Of a stretch of 64,000 bases of DNA, positions 32,214 to 42,918 are shown piece by piece. Both the position numbers and the translations under genes were made by a program. The notes under the pieces were generated by a model that was not told the DNA's origin, made no database searches, and was given only the letters and a program-made list of their open reading frames with translations. Position 1 is the first letter of the stretch; each line of letters opens with the position of its first letter. Where the stretch lies: IMG/VR virus record IMGVR_UViG_3300028048_000141, positions 1,476 through 65,475 of that record. One strand, written 5' to 3'. This DNA is from a virus.

Positions 32214-33443
32214 TTACTTTAATCTAACGTTAATGTCGACGACGTTGTCGCCGTCGAACACAAGGAGTTTCTGCTCAGGCTCGCTGAACAGCCTCCTTCC
32301 GTATGCGTATGTGTCCGTGCCCATGATGCTTCCGTTGACGTACACCTTGCAGTTTTGGAAGGTGTGTTCAGCCGAGTTGTGGAAATGCGCAAGGAAGATG
32401 CAACTTACCCACTCGTTGGTGAGGCCAATCATGTCCTGGACGACGGACGATTTCTTGTCTTCGTGACCGTGTGCGAACATGAAGAGTTTTCCATTGATTC
32501 TGAACATCCCGACCCCGGCGTCGATGTTGTCGTTGGGGAACATGATGTCGGTGTTCTTCAACCTTTCCTTGATGAACCAGTCGATGATTCTGTTGAGGTT
32601 CTCCTTTTCGATTGCCTCGTCCTTGTTGGGGGACAATCTGGCGTGGTTGTCGGTTACGCTCCTGTACGTGACGACGGGTGCGGCCTCCTGCAACGTGTTA
32701 AGGAACTCGGCAAGCATCTCGGCGGCCATCATTGCTTGGTCGACGACGTTGATTGTCTGCTCAAGCCTGATTGACGTGTGGATGATTCCGGAAATCATGT
32801 CTCCCATGTTGAGGACGTGCAATACCTTGACGTTGAACTTCTCGCAGTAGTCCTTGATGTTGGCCGCGAACTTGTTGAGCCTCTTTACGGCGATTTCGGG
32901 CGAATACGAATTATACGAATTATTGAAGTATTCGCCAAGATGCAAATCGGATACCCCGACTACCATCTCGGTCGTCCTGTCCCCGATTGTCTCCATAGGC
33001 TTGACCTTTGGTAGGTCACGCATCTTTTCCGCGGCCCGGACGATTTCCTCCTTGAACAACTCGATTCTCGCGTCGTCCCTCAAGGTCCTCCTGTACGCAG
33101 CGTAGGTGTCCCTGAGTTTGGTCCTTTCCCTATACAATTCGGCTTTCTGCTCGTCCAGGGATTTCTCAACTTCCTTGGTGGTCACCTCGCTGACGGTCTT
33201 GTCGTCCAACACCTTGGGGTTCTTCGGAACGACCCCGTTCTTGTAACGTTTGGCCAAAACCCATTTCCTTAGTTGTTCCCCGGTCTTGTTGGGGACAAGC
33301 ATGGAGGCGACCTCGTTCCAGTCCTTATCGGCCCTCAGCATCTCCTGGTGGGTGACGCCGATAGCGTATATCTCGTCATCGGTGAATTCACCCGGTTTCT
33401 TATTGAACATCTTGACATAGTTTATGAATTCTGCCTTAGTCAT
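32214..33443 (-). CDS. metallophosphoesterase with an N-terminal extension
   Basis: Motifs VSDLHLG, GDMISG, DNHA, GHEDK and AHFHN. Start set at the ATG at 33443, which has an AAGGAGAAGAACG RBS. Confidence 0.65.
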   Translation of the reverse strand: MTKAEFINYVKMFNKKPGEFTDDEIYAIGVTHQEMLRADKDWNEVASMLVPNKTGEQLRKWVLAKRYKNGVVPKNPKVLDDKTVSEVTTKEVEKSLDEQKAELYRERTKLRDTYAAYRRTLRDDARIELFKEEIVRAAEKMRDLPKVKPMETIGDRTTEMVVGVSDLHLGEYFNNSYNSYSPEIAVKRLNKFAANIKDYCEKFNVKVLHVLNMGDMISGIIHTSIRLEQTINVVDQAMMAAEMLAEFLNTLQEAAPVVTYRSVTDNHARLSPNKDEAIEKENLNRIIDWFIKERLKNTDIMFPNDNIDAGVGMFRINGKLFMFAHGHEDKKSSVVQDMIGLTNEWVSCIFLAHFHNSAEHTFQNCKVYVNGSIMGTDTYAYGRRLFSEPEQKLLVFDGDNVVDINVRLK

Positions 33444-34059
33444 CGTTCTTCTCCTTATCTCCGTCTCCGTCGCCTTCGGCCTCAGGCTTCTCAAGTTCGA
33501 CCGTCTGCACGCCCGAGTCTATGTCCTCAGCCGGTTGCTCCGTCGATGCCGTAACCTGCTTAATCAATTCCTTAACGGCGTCCAATACCTTGTCCCTGGA
33601 ATCCCTGGTCAACGCGTTGTCGCCGACGTGGATATTGACCTCGTTCTTCTGCTGGTTCAATTGAATCATCGGCTTCTCGTCTATGTGCTCAAGGGTCTGT
33701 TGCGACGCGGCAATCTGCTCTTGGACAATCTTCATGTACTGCAGCAACTCCTGGTTGCTGATTTCGTCGGGCCTCTTCGTGAACCTCTCGATTGCCTGGT
33801 CATGGACCGCATCCAACAGGTTGTTCAACTTGACGACCCTCAACGCGTTCTTCTTGGCCTGGTTCATCGAGAACTTGCCAACCAGCCCTGTGAGTTCGTC
33901 CTGAGACTCCGCCTTGACTATCCCGGAAACGATTTCGGCCGTTTCCCTTTCCAGCGGCAAAGTATCGATTTCCGCCGGTAACATCGTGTCTTCTTCCAGC
34001 GTTTGTTCCGCTTGTTCCGCTTCCTGTTCCGTCTGCTCGATTTTCTTCTCTTCTTCCAT
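33436..34059 (-). CDS. hypothetical acidic protein
   Basis: 207 aa, E/Q-rich. Confidence 0.5.
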   Translation of the reverse strand: MEEEKKIEQTEQEAEQAEQTLEEDTMLPAEIDTLPLERETAEIVSGIVKAESQDELTGLVGKFSMNQAKKNALRVVKLNNLLDAVHDQAIERFTKRPDEISNQELLQYMKIVQEQIAASQQTLEHIDEKPMIQLNQQKNEVNIHVGDNALTRDSRDKVLDAVKELIKQVTASTEQPAEDIDSGVQTVELEKPEAEGDGDGDKEKNDD

Positions 34060-34427
34060 TAAACGATTTCCTTGTAGACCTTGGTCACCCTCTCGACGAG
34101 GGCTTCCTCAAGTTCGTCTTTCAATAAATTTTGCTTGTAAATTATGGATTGTTTCACCACATCCTCGAGTTTTTCGGACGGAACGAAGTGATATACCGCT
34201 TCGTTGTCTTCGACTTTGATGCTAAGGGTTCCGATGCCGATGTCGATATCGGTGATGTCCTTATCCGCTTGAGCGGAATCCGCGATTGCGTCGCTGATGC
34301 AAAAAAGTTCCTTGGTCACCAATCTCCTGAGGGCCTTCTCGGGGATGGTGGTGAGAATCGATACCCCTTTGATAATGTCATTCATCGTCGTCTTCCTCCA
34401 ATTGTATTTCCTCGAACGGTTCCGCAA
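34059..34427 (-). CDS. hypothetical protein
   Basis: 122-aa ORF. Confidence 0.5.
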   Translation of the reverse strand: MRNRSRKYNWRKTTMNDIIKGVSILTTIPEKALRRLVTKELFCISDAIADSAQADKDITDIDIGIGTLSIKVEDNEAVYHFVPSEKLEDVVKQSIIYKQNLLKDELEEALVERVTKVYKEIV

Positions 34428-34731
34428 TCTCGCCGTTCCCGTCCAGGTAGTCGTCCTCGTCGTTCGAATACTGACCCAACTTATCCCCGTCCTTCGGTGC
34501 GAACACCTTGTTGATGTCCTTAATCATCGAGATTGGGTTCTTAGACAACAGGAATTGGATGTTCTCCACCAGGTTGTCGTAATAGTTGTTGAACGACCCG
34601 TCCAGTCTCTTGTCTATGCATTCCCCGATTACCTCGGCCGCCGTCTTGGCGTCGCTGGACTGCGATGCCCTGTCCTTTATGGTAAGTAGGATTTCCTTGA
34701 ACCTCGCCAGACTATTTCCTTCTGAAGTCAT
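34378..34731 (-). CDS. hypothetical acidic protein
   Basis: 117-aa ORF. Confidence 0.45.
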   Translation of the reverse strand: MTSEGNSLARFKEILLTIKDRASQSSDAKTAAEVIGECIDKRLDGSFNNYYDNLVENIQFLLSKNPISMIKDINKVFAPKDGDKLGQYSNDEDDYLDGNGEIAEPFEEIQLEEDDDE

Positions 34732-35104
34732 AGTTGTTCAAGACCTCCTTGACCTTGAAATAACAGGATTTTATCTCGGCGGTTTTGTAGTCCTCGGAAT
34801 CAAGGAGTTTCAACGCCTGTTGGAATGGAATCTCCTCGATGTCGACGTATTGGTATAGAAGCAATGCGTTGATGACCAACTTGAATTCCTTCATGGTCGG
34901 GACCTTGATTGTCATTCCGCCGAAGTACTCAAGGAAGTTGAACAGCGAATCGTTGTCGAGGATATAGGCCAACTCGCTCAGGGTGCTGTATTCCGGGATA
35001 TCCTTCATTTTGTATACCGCGAACAGAATCATCGAGTAGACGTCCGTCATCTCGAGTCCCTCTAGTTTTTCCTTAACTGCTTTTCTCATATCATTCCACC
35101 TCAC
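34712..35104 (-). CDS. hypothetical protein
   Basis: 130-aa ORF. Confidence 0.5.
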   Translation of the reverse strand: MRWNDMRKAVKEKLEGLEMTDVYSMILFAVYKMKDIPEYSTLSELAYILDNDSLFNFLEYFGGMTIKVPTMKEFKLVINALLLYQYVDIEEIPFQQALKLLDSEDYKTAEIKSCYFKVKEVLNNYDFRRK

Positions 35105-35938
35105 TGTTATCCCTCGGCTCCGTGTTGTAAGCCGACATTAGTATTGAGTTCAAATCGTCGTCGGACAACCTGAACGATTCGGCGGTACCGTTTATGTTGT
35201 CGCTTATCTTCTGTCTGGTCATGTTGGCCAATAGTTCAACGTAATTGGCCCAGGAGTTATCGAGCATCCAGACGGTCGTGCTCGTCTCCTTCTCCCTTTC
35301 GAATGCCCTGAGGATTGCATCGTCCCTTATCTGCGAGCCTTCCTCGTTCAACTTCGCAAGGAAACCGTTGCTCAACGTGACGCTCTTGAGAATCGTTATC
35401 AACACGGACATGTACAGCCTTCTGCACAATACCTTGTCGTCCCTGTACGGCGTGTTCCTGATGGTTTTCCTTATGTAGTAAGGAATCCTCGAGAACTGCC
35501 TTTCCATCTCCTCAGACAATCCGTGATTGTAATCGGCCTGGACGCTGTCCTTGAGCCTGTTGCCTACCGCCTGGCATACGTCCTCCCCGTCGTATTCGGG
35601 GACCAACACCCCGGAGTATTTCTCCCTTAGGTAATCTACCCTCATCTTTGGAACGACGAACTTGGCGTAGTTCAGTATCGATTTGATGTCCTTGTTGGCT
35701 ATGACCCTAAGGTACATCCTCGATGCCGCGTACAACGAGAACTCGTCGTATTCGGCGAAGTCGTCGAAGTTCTTGGTGCTGAAGTATTTGCCCTTGCACG
35801 CAAGCATGTATACTATGTGGTATAGGTATTGGTACATCAACGCGTCCGGCCTTTCCCCTTCGGCGTCCCTTATGTGGGAGTCGAAGAAGATTGCCATGTC
35901 GGTGTACTTAACCCCAGCCGGTCTTTTGTATGTCGCCA
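35091..35938 (-). CDS. hypothetical protein
   Basis: Start set at the ATG at 35938 (MATYKRP), which has a GGAGGTGA RBS. The longer listed ORF would overlap sbcC. Confidence 0.55.
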
Positions 35939-35950
35939 TCCAATCACCTC

Positions 35951-37834
35951 CTATTTCACGTAACTTACCCCGGATTCGTTCTTCTCGACGGTCAACTCGC
36001 TGTCGCATGGGATTTCGAGTTCGTCGCTGTGGTGCGAGATGATGAACACGCTCTCGATTCCGCCCAGTTCCTTCGTGATGAAGTTCAGGACCCTGTCGCA
36101 ACTGGTGCTGTCCAACGCGTCCGTTATCTCGTCCAAGACGAGGATGTTCGATGAGAATCCGAGGTATTTGCACATCATGTCCCTCAAGGCGAATTGGACG
36201 ATGAGGTCGACCCTTTGCTTCTCCCCACCCGATAGGTTCTCGTAATCCTTTCTGAGGTATGAGATGTTGATGTTGTTTCCGTCGAGTTCGAATTCGATTT
36301 CGTCCGAGCCGAAGATTTGCGACGAGTATTCCTTGGCCCTGGAGTTGATGTAATCGATGACACCGGTCAACAGGTATCCCCTGAAGTTCCTCCTGAGCAT
36401 CGTGGACATCTTGTCCAAGACCTCCTGGTGTTTCTTCAACGACGAGTGCTCTTCGGCAAGCACGTTCAATTCGTTGTTCAACGAGTCCAACGATTCCTTT
36501 GTCTCGGAGATTTCCTTCTTGAGCCTATTGATGTTGGATTCGTGGTTTTCCTTCGCGGCCTTGGTGGATGCGAGGTCCCTTTCCAACATCGACTTGGAGG
36601 ATAGAATCATCCTGATTTCGCCCTGGAGGTTGAACGTCTCCGCCTTCAGAACGTCGATTTTCCCCTTCAAACCTGAGGTCATTTCGTTGAATTTGTCGTT
36701 GATTCCGTTGATGGCGTCCCTGTATTCCTTCGCGTCCTCCGCGATTTCGGAATCGATTTTATTCAGGCTTTCAACCACGGTTTTGAGTTCTTCCTCAAGT
36801 GCCGTAGTGTCGGGCTTGATTACGTTCGGAATCTTCTGGCCGCATGTCGGGCAGACGTCCGTGATTGATTTCATTTTGCGGATTTCCGCCTCAAGCGAGA
36901 ACTTCCTATTGGAGACGTCCTGCCTCTTCGAATTGAGTTCCTTCGAATATTCCAAATGGTTGGTCTCCATTTCGGTCAAGGCGGCTTGTTTCTTCTCGCC
37001 GATGGAGTAATACTCCTTTTCGAGTCCGTCCAGTTCGGTGGACTTGGCCGTGACCAAATCGGACTTTGCCTTCTCGGACTCCTCGTTCGCTTTAATCTTT
37101 TCGGTGAGGTCCTTTATCGTGGAATCGTATTCTACCGGCTTTTCCGCCTCTTCGAGTTCGGCTTCCAATCTGGTCATGGTTTGTTCGTATAACGATTTCT
37201 TGGAGGTTCCGGAAAGCGTCTTGTCCTCGTTCTCGCGAACCATCCTGCCCACGATTGAACCGCGGGCCTCGACCCTTTCCTTGAGGTCCTGAATCATGAA
37301 ATCTGATTTTGAGAGGTGCTCCAACACCTCCTTACGTCCGCTTGGTTTGTTGCTCGTGAATTTCTGAGGCAATCCCTGTCCTAGGATGATTACGCTGCCC
37401 AGAAGTTCTGGGGTGACGTCGGGCAGCAATTGGTCCAGGATTTCCCTCGACTCGTTGATGCCCTTTCCGGACTTGTCCTCGCCGTCTACCATGATTTTGA
37501 GGTTGGTGCCCAACTTGGCGTCGTCCTTGCTTCTGGTGACGACGTATGTCTTGCCGTCTACCTCGAATTCGAGCGATACCCAACAGCCGTCGTCGAAATA
37601 GATATTGGCAAGGTTGGATTTGATTCCACCGATTGTCTCTCCGGTCAATGCGAATGAGATTGCGCTCCAAATGGTGGATTTGCCGGAACCGTTCGATTTG
37701 GCCGCGTCCTTGGGGTTTCTGTTGACCCCGCTGACCAGGCAGTATCCGCGGTCACGCAAATCTATCTCCGCGTCCCCGAACGAAAGGAAGTGGTGGATTT
37801 TGACCTTATTGAATCGAATATTCATTATTTGCAC
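35951..37834 (-). CDS. sbcC: SbcC/Rad50-family ATPase
   Basis: Walker A NGSGKST, central coiled coil with a CPTCGQ zinc hook, C-terminal LVLDEITDALD. Confidence 0.8.
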   Translation of the reverse strand: MQIMNIRFNKVKIHHFLSFGDAEIDLRDRGYCLVSGVNRNPKDAAKSNGSGKSTIWSAISFALTGETIGGIKSNLANIYFDDGCWVSLEFEVDGKTYVVTRSKDDAKLGTNLKIMVDGEDKSGKGINESREILDQLLPDVTPELLGSVIILGQGLPQKFTSNKPSGRKEVLEHLSKSDFMIQDLKERVEARGSIVGRMVRENEDKTLSGTSKKSLYEQTMTRLEAELEEAEKPVEYDSTIKDLTEKIKANEESEKAKSDLVTAKSTELDGLEKEYYSIGEKKQAALTEMETNHLEYSKELNSKRQDVSNRKFSLEAEIRKMKSITDVCPTCGQKIPNVIKPDTTALEEELKTVVESLNKIDSEIAEDAKEYRDAINGINDKFNEMTSGLKGKIDVLKAETFNLQGEIRMILSSKSMLERDLASTKAAKENHESNINRLKKEISETKESLDSLNNELNVLAEEHSSLKKHQEVLDKMSTMLRRNFRGYLLTGVIDYINSRAKEYSSQIFGSDEIEFELDGNNINISYLRKDYENLSGGEKQRVDLIVQFALRDMMCKYLGFSSNILVLDEITDALDSTSCDRVLNFITKELGGIESVFIISHHSDELEIPCDSELTVEKNESGVSYVK

Positions 37835-38856
37835 ACCTCCGACAATTCGGCGTATACCGTTTCGCTAGGGCCCAATTCCTTTATGACGAACTCCCTGAAT
37901 TTCTTCAGATGGTCGACGTCCGTGAGTTCCTCTATGTTCGCCTCGGAACCTGCCGATGCCTCCGCGCAGTAAAGTATGATTTTATATGCGATGATGTTGG
38001 GATAGTTCCGGATTGCGTCGCGGAGTTCGGCCTCGCAGCCCTCCTCGCATTTGATTGAGACGACCGCGTTGTTTCCGAGTTCGCCCAGTTTTTTCTCGAT
38101 TTCCTTTTCGTCGCCGATTTCTATTTTGTAGAATTTCATCGCGTGCGGGTTGGTGATGAATTCTATGAGTTCGGTGTCAGTGTCATATATCATGACTTGG
38201 TGTTTATAAATGAACCCATCCTCGCCGAAGTTCTGTCCGGTTAGGTTCCCAAGGTTCAACGCATATATGTTGTCGCCGTCATAGAATAATCCCTGATTGT
38301 GCAGGTGTCCGTTGATGTAAACCTTGCAGTTCTCGCGGATTTCGTCCAAACCGAATCCGATGGTGGATTCGAACGCACCGTATCTGACCCCCTTCAAATC
38401 GTTATGGGAGAACACGACCGGTTTCTCAATCCCGCCAAGGTACTCGACCAAGGGTTTTCTGTTTTCCTCAAGGATATAGGGAATCAAGACGAGCGAATCG
38501 AAAATGACGGTCGGCTCGCTTATGATATGGAATCCCTCCTTCTCAAGGGCCTTGGTAGAATTGTATTTCAAGGAGGCCACCGAAGACTCGTGGTTGCCTA
38601 CGATGAAATAATGCGGAATCTTGCTACTCCACTTGACCTCTTGCAAAACGGTGAGTTCCTCGCTGGTCAAATCCGCCTTGTCGAAGAAGTCACCCAAATA
38701 TATCACGGCGTCGCAATTGTAAAACACCGCATCGTCCTCGGCCCAGTTGACGCTTTCCAAAAGGTTGCTTAACCTGGTGGAACATTTGTCGTTTCTGCTT
38801 CTGACTATGGACGAATACGTGCTCCAATGGACGTCGCCTACTACGAGTATCTTCAT
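37825..38856 (-). CDS. sbcD: SbcD/Mre11-family nuclease
   Basis: Motifs VVGDVHW, GDFFD and GNHE. Start set at the ATG at 38856, which has an AAAGGAGA RBS. Confidence 0.8.
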   Translation of the reverse strand: MKILVVGDVHWSTYSSIVRSRNDKCSTRLSNLLESVNWAEDDAVFYNCDAVIYLGDFFDKADLTSEELTVLQEVKWSSKIPHYFIVGNHESSVASLKYNSTKALEKEGFHIISEPTVIFDSLVLIPYILEENRKPLVEYLGGIEKPVVFSHNDLKGVRYGAFESTIGFGLDEIRENCKVYINGHLHNQGLFYDGDNIYALNLGNLTGQNFGEDGFIYKHQVMIYDTDTELIEFITNPHAMKFYKIEIGDEKEIEKKLGELGNNAVVSIKCEEGCEAELRDAIRNYPNIIAYKIILYCAEASAGSEANIEELTDVDHLKKFREFVIKELGPSETVYAELSEVCK

Positions 38857-38880
38857 GCAATCTCCTTTCACGCTACACGA

Positions 38881-38894
38881 ATATTATACATTAA
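38881..38894 (-). promoter_or_regulatory. motif-A promoter for sbcDC
   Basis: + strand atattatacatt. Confidence 0.4.
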
Positions 38895-39346
38895 AATTCG
38901 GTATCTTCTAAATAATTTATCATTTTGGTGCCATATTTGGTGGCCGTTCCCTCAAACCATATCGAATCGTACCAGTCGTCCGGGAAACTCCTTTTGCTCA
39001 ATCTATGGTACCAATATCTTATCACCGACGGTATTCCGACGATGAACGGTTGAAGCGGGCCGAACGCGAGGTTCTGCAATGCATGTCCGAACTCGTGCCT
39101 TCTGGTGTGTTCGAACCAGTAGGGATTAGTCTCGGAGTAATTTCCGCATAATGCCACCGCACCGAGTTCCAGTCCTCCCCAGTTTCCGCCTACTTCCACT
39201 ATATATGATACACCGTTTTTGTGCACCTTGCAACCACAAAGTGCCAAAATCCCGGTGACGATTAATCCCGGGACGGTCATCAACGCTCCCCAAGTCAGGG
39301 ATACCAACCAGAAGTATATTCCGAATAGAACCTTATTTGACTTCAT
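38891..39346 (-). CDS. membrane protein with an HExxH zinc-metallopeptidase motif
   Basis: Two N-terminal TM helices, then HEFGHALQ. Confidence 0.5.
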   Translation of the reverse strand: MKSNKVLFGIYFWLVSLTWGALMTVPGLIVTGILALCGCKVHKNGVSYIVEVGGNWGGLELGAVALCGNYSETNPYWFEHTRRHEFGHALQNLAFGPLQPFIVGIPSVIRYWYHRLSKRSFPDDWYDSIWFEGTATKYGTKMINYLEDTEF

Positions 39347-39869
39347 CTTTTATCTTGCACTCCTCTTTATTCATCCTTACATATTCACGTTCCTTAACAT
39401 ATCCGTCGAAACACCTTTCGCAGAACGGCAGGATATATCCCTTCGTCATGTATTCCGCCTGTTTTCCGCATGAGATGCAGTAGTTGCCTGAGATGTCCTC
39501 ATAACGTTCCAGGACATCCATGACTTCCTGAGGTGCGGACGCATATAGGCATAGGCATCCCCATTTCTCCTTGATGTCCTGCCAATGTATTGTCGGGTCC
39601 TCGCAGCCATTCGCCTTAGCCTTCTTCAATGCCGCTGCGATGTCCTTGGTCAATTGCTTTCCGAAGGCCTTTCTCCATCCGCACGGAATCTGGTCGTATT
39701 GGGTGAATCTGTATCCTAGTTTCCTTCCATCCCATACGTTCCTGGCTGTCCAGAACGGATACCTTAGGCAGAATATATAATTGCGAATCCAGACAAACGG
39801 ATATGTGATACGATACCAGGCGTTCTTCAAGAATCTTATGAATTTGTTTGTTATCATCAATCCCACCAC
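39333..39869 (-). CDS. hypothetical Cys-rich protein
   Basis: 178 aa with several CxxC pairs. Confidence 0.5.
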   Translation of the reverse strand: MVGLMITNKFIRFLKNAWYRITYPFVWIRNYIFCLRYPFWTARNVWDGRKLGYRFTQYDQIPCGWRKAFGKQLTKDIAAALKKAKANGCEDPTIHWQDIKEKWGCLCLYASAPQEVMDVLERYEDISGNYCISCGKQAEYMTKGYILPFCERCFDGYVKEREYVRMNKEECKIKDEVK

Positions 39870-40213
39870 TCCCTTATGTGTTTGCCGACTTTGTCGAATA
39901 ATTCCTCGACGTCCTCCTGCCTGTAATCGCAGTCGTGAGTTTCAATCATCCTACGTATGAGGTCAGCCAATTCCCCAAGGGATTCCTCCTGTTCCTTCGT
40001 ATCGGCGGAATACACGTTGAATCCCATTTTGTAATATTCATAGAAGTCGACGCAGATTGACATCAGCATGTTTATGACCCACTCGGAATCGTACATACTG
40101 TATTTCTTCCTAATCAACTTCATGAGTTTCCTTTTGTTCTTCCTCTGAATCCTTTTCTGCTCCATCTTGAGCCTGAAGGATAATTTAGGGAACATTTTGT
40201 CGTTTTGGCTCAT
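39857..40213 (-). CDS. hypothetical protein
   Basis: 118-aa ORF. Confidence 0.5.
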   Translation of the reverse strand: MSQNDKMFPKLSFRLKMEQKRIQRKNKRKLMKLIRKKYSMYDSEWVINMLMSICVDFYEYYKMGFNVYSADTKEQEESLGELADLIRRMIETHDCDYRQEDVEELFDKVGKHIREWWD

Positions 40214-41196
40214 TTTCTGTAAACCCTCATGACCCTGACGTCCTTTGGCTTTTCCACTGGAACCACGACGATTTCCTCGGAGACGATTTCCTCGGATTTT
40301 AGTTTCTTGAACGCCTCCAGAATCCTCTCGTGGTTCTCCTCACCCATCCATTGGTTCTCGACGTCGAACGAGGGCTTCTCCCTTGTCCAGTGGCTGTAAT
40401 ACGGGCAGAGGTTCTTTCCCTCTTCCTTCAAGTGCGGATTGGTGTATGAGAATTGGCACCAATAGCATAACGGCGTCGGTTTCGGTTTGAAGTCCTTGTT
40501 TCCAATCTTCTCGAAGAGTGAGTCAAGTTTCTTCCTTCCCCTATTCATGAATCCTTTGGTTCCGGCATCCTGGGTCGTGTCACAGAGGGGCAAATCGTAT
40601 TGGCAGATGAAATTCTCCTCAGTGGTATCATACATCTTGGTTGCGGCAAGGATGTAGATGACGAATTGCAACGGAGTCACCAAGTCGGCATGCTCAAGTT
40701 CGACGTCGTATGATTTTATGTCCTGGATGATGTATTTGTTGGTCAGACCGTCGTAGATGACCCTGTCGATTGCCCCCTTGAACGTCCTTCCCTTGTCGTC
40801 GGTGAAGTTGAACTTCTTCTCGATTCCGACGATTTTGTAGGAAGGATGTGCATTCATCAGTGTTTCCAATCTATGAATGCCAGACGTGACGTATTGCTCG
40901 GTCTTCTGCTTATAGGTCCTGCCGGATTTAGGGTTGACCTCGTTGTATTCCTTGGGATACTTCTTCTCAATCTTGGCGGCTGTATCAAGGAATGATTTTT
41001 TCAATGCGTCATAATCGATTGGCTTTCCGTCGACGATGCTGTTCGCGATTGATTCCTCGGTCTTGTGGATTAGCGTGCCGTATTCGGTCGCCACCGTCTC
41101 GTCATAGATGAAATGCTTGTCAACGTAGACGAGTTTGTATTTGAACCCACAGTTCTCGTAGGTATTCAGTTTTGAGTATGAAAAATTCTCTGCCAT
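40210..41196 (-). CDS. PD-(D/E)xK exonuclease of the Cas4/RecB family with a 4Fe-4S cysteine set
   Basis: SYSKLNTYENCGFKY at the N-terminus, AIDRV...IQDIKS in the middle, CYWCQF...CPYY at the C-terminus. Confidence 0.7.
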   Translation of the reverse strand: MAENFSYSKLNTYENCGFKYKLVYVDKHFIYDETVATEYGTLIHKTEESIANSIVDGKPIDYDALKKSFLDTAAKIEKKYPKEYNEVNPKSGRTYKQKTEQYVTSGIHRLETLMNAHPSYKIVGIEKKFNFTDDKGRTFKGAIDRVIYDGLTNKYIIQDIKSYDVELEHADLVTPLQFVIYILAATKMYDTTEENFICQYDLPLCDTTQDAGTKGFMNRGRKKLDSLFEKIGNKDFKPKPTPLCYWCQFSYTNPHLKEEGKNLCPYYSHWTREKPSFDVENQWMGEENHERILEAFKKLKSEEIVSEEIVVVPVEKPKDVRVMRVYRK

Positions 41197-41201
41197 GCAC
41201 G

Positions 41202-42122
41202 TTACCTCACTATATCGAAGAATTTGGCCGTTACGTAGGACACCAGACCTGAGTTGCTTATGCCGAGCCTTCCGGTCTTCAAATCGTAGTCGATTCCGGT
41301 AAGGAACCTCATCAGTTCAATCAACTGCTCATGCGTGAATAGGTTGCTGTTGTATCTGATTGCGTTGAATTGGTTCTGCTTCATGCCCAAGGCATCTGCC
41401 GTGGCCCTCGGATTGAACTTGACGTCAATCATGTTCTTCACGTTCCTTTGCAGCAACGTGACCACGCCGGTCCCTTCCACATCGATGAAATCGAGATGCG
41501 AGAGGATGAACGCGACGGTGTCCATGTCACGCTTAATCAAAGCCTTTATGAAATCGAATATTCCGAGTTGGATGGAATCGACGAAATCCCCGTCTTCGAT
41601 AAGTTCTTTTAAAACATTTTGCTGGAGTTCTGCGGGGAATAGTTTTATTTTGTCGAGTTTCGACGAAATGTTGTAGATATCCCCTCCGGTCAAGGCGTAT
41701 AACTTCGACGCGGATTGGCTGTCCAACCCCTTGCACACCTCCATGATGTAGTCAACGACCTGCCACTCCAGCAACTTTGGCATCACGTATACGTTGACGT
41801 CCTCGCTTTCTGCGATTTCCTTGGAGACCGATTTGCACACGATGACAGTGTTCCTGGCCGCCTCATAGTCCAAAACGTCCCCCTCGACCTTGTCCGTATA
41901 CAAAACGAAAAGCGTATCGGCGGAGCCTGTGAAGGTGTTCTTGCTCTCAAGGGATTCCGACAGTTTGTCGATGGCCAATTTGACCATTCCCCTGGAGTTG
42001 GCGATTCCGTTGACGTATGTCTTGGCCAGGAAGTTGTCTTCCGGGCAGACGAAGATTGCACACGTGCTTTCTACGGAGCCGGACAATATCTTTGCCTTCA
42101 ATGAAATCAAACTGCCTTCCAT
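41202..42122 (-). CDS. clamp-loader delta-like subunit (HolA-like)
   Basis: Sits directly downstream of two AAA+ clamp-loader subunits. Assignment rests on position and length only; no diagnostic motif was identified. Confidence 0.5.
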   Translation of the reverse strand: MEGSLISLKAKILSGSVESTCAIFVCPEDNFLAKTYVNGIANSRGMVKLAIDKLSESLESKNTFTGSADTLFVLYTDKVEGDVLDYEAARNTVIVCKSVSKEIAESEDVNVYVMPKLLEWQVVDYIMEVCKGLDSQSASKLYALTGGDIYNISSKLDKIKLFPAELQQNVLKELIEDGDFVDSIQLGIFDFIKALIKRDMDTVAFILSHLDFIDVEGTGVVTLLQRNVKNMIDVKFNPRATADALGMKQNQFNAIRYNSNLFTHEQLIELMRFLTGIDYDLKTGRLGISNSGLVSYVTAKFFDIVR

Positions 42123-42131
42123 ATCTCCTCC

Positions 42132-42917
42132 TTACGCTTTTCTTCTTTGCATCCACGCGACGGTGACGTAATTGTACATCAACTGCTCCGCGTTCAGTTT
42201 CGGGAACCTAATCAACCTGTTTTTGTAGTCCTTGGTGAGTTCGTACATTCCCAATAGCGAATCGTCGAAACCCGCCATATACTTATTATACAACTTTTTT
42301 ATCGTTAAGTTAAGGAATGCCAGAACATTGTCCTTGCATTTCGCGACCAACGACATGGCGTTGTCGAATCTGGCGTCCTGAAGTTTGTCCACGAACGCCG
42401 TGCTTAGGGAATCCAGTTCCTTAATCCTGTTCGGTTCGACGTCCATTATCTGACCGGGCGTGGAACCTGAGTCCAGGATTAGGTCTATTTCGTCGTCCAA
42501 GGCCATTGGTGACACGAATTCCCTTAATGTGTCCCTGGAGTATTCCTCGAACTTGTATTGGACGCATCTATTCTTTATCGTGGGCAACAGAACCTCAGGG
42601 TTGTCGCAGACGATGATGATGTGCGCGAAGTCCCCTGGCTCCTCGATGAACTTGAGCATCGAGTTCTGGACCTTCTCTGTCAAGGACGACGCGTCTATGA
42701 GATATAGCGTCGGAACCGGTCTGGCCTGGTATTCCGCTATCGAATCGGCCGATAATCCCTCGGATACGTCCATGTACTCAAGCCCGAACCTTTCGGCGTA
42801 TTCTTTGGCCAATGTGTGCTTTCCGCACCCGTATTCCCCTAAAAACAGCATCGTTTTGGGGGAATATGAGATGTCTTGGGAGAATAAACGGCCAATCAAC
42901 TTATCTTGACCGACCAT
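42132..42917 (-). CDS. AAA+ clamp-loader small subunit (delta-prime-like)
   Basis: Walker A GEYGCGKHT. SRC-type motif IKNRC. Confidence 0.65.
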   Translation of the reverse strand: MVGQDKLIGRLFSQDISYSPKTMLFLGEYGCGKHTLAKEYAERFGLEYMDVSEGLSADSIAEYQARPVPTLYLIDASSLTEKVQNSMLKFIEEPGDFAHIIIVCDNPEVLLPTIKNRCVQYKFEEYSRDTLREFVSPMALDDEIDLILDSGSTPGQIMDVEPNRIKELDSLSTAFVDKLQDARFDNAMSLVAKCKDNVLAFLNLTIKKLYNKYMAGFDDSLLGMYELTKDYKNRLIRFPKLNAEQLMYNYVTVAWMQRRKA

Positions 42918-42918
42918 A

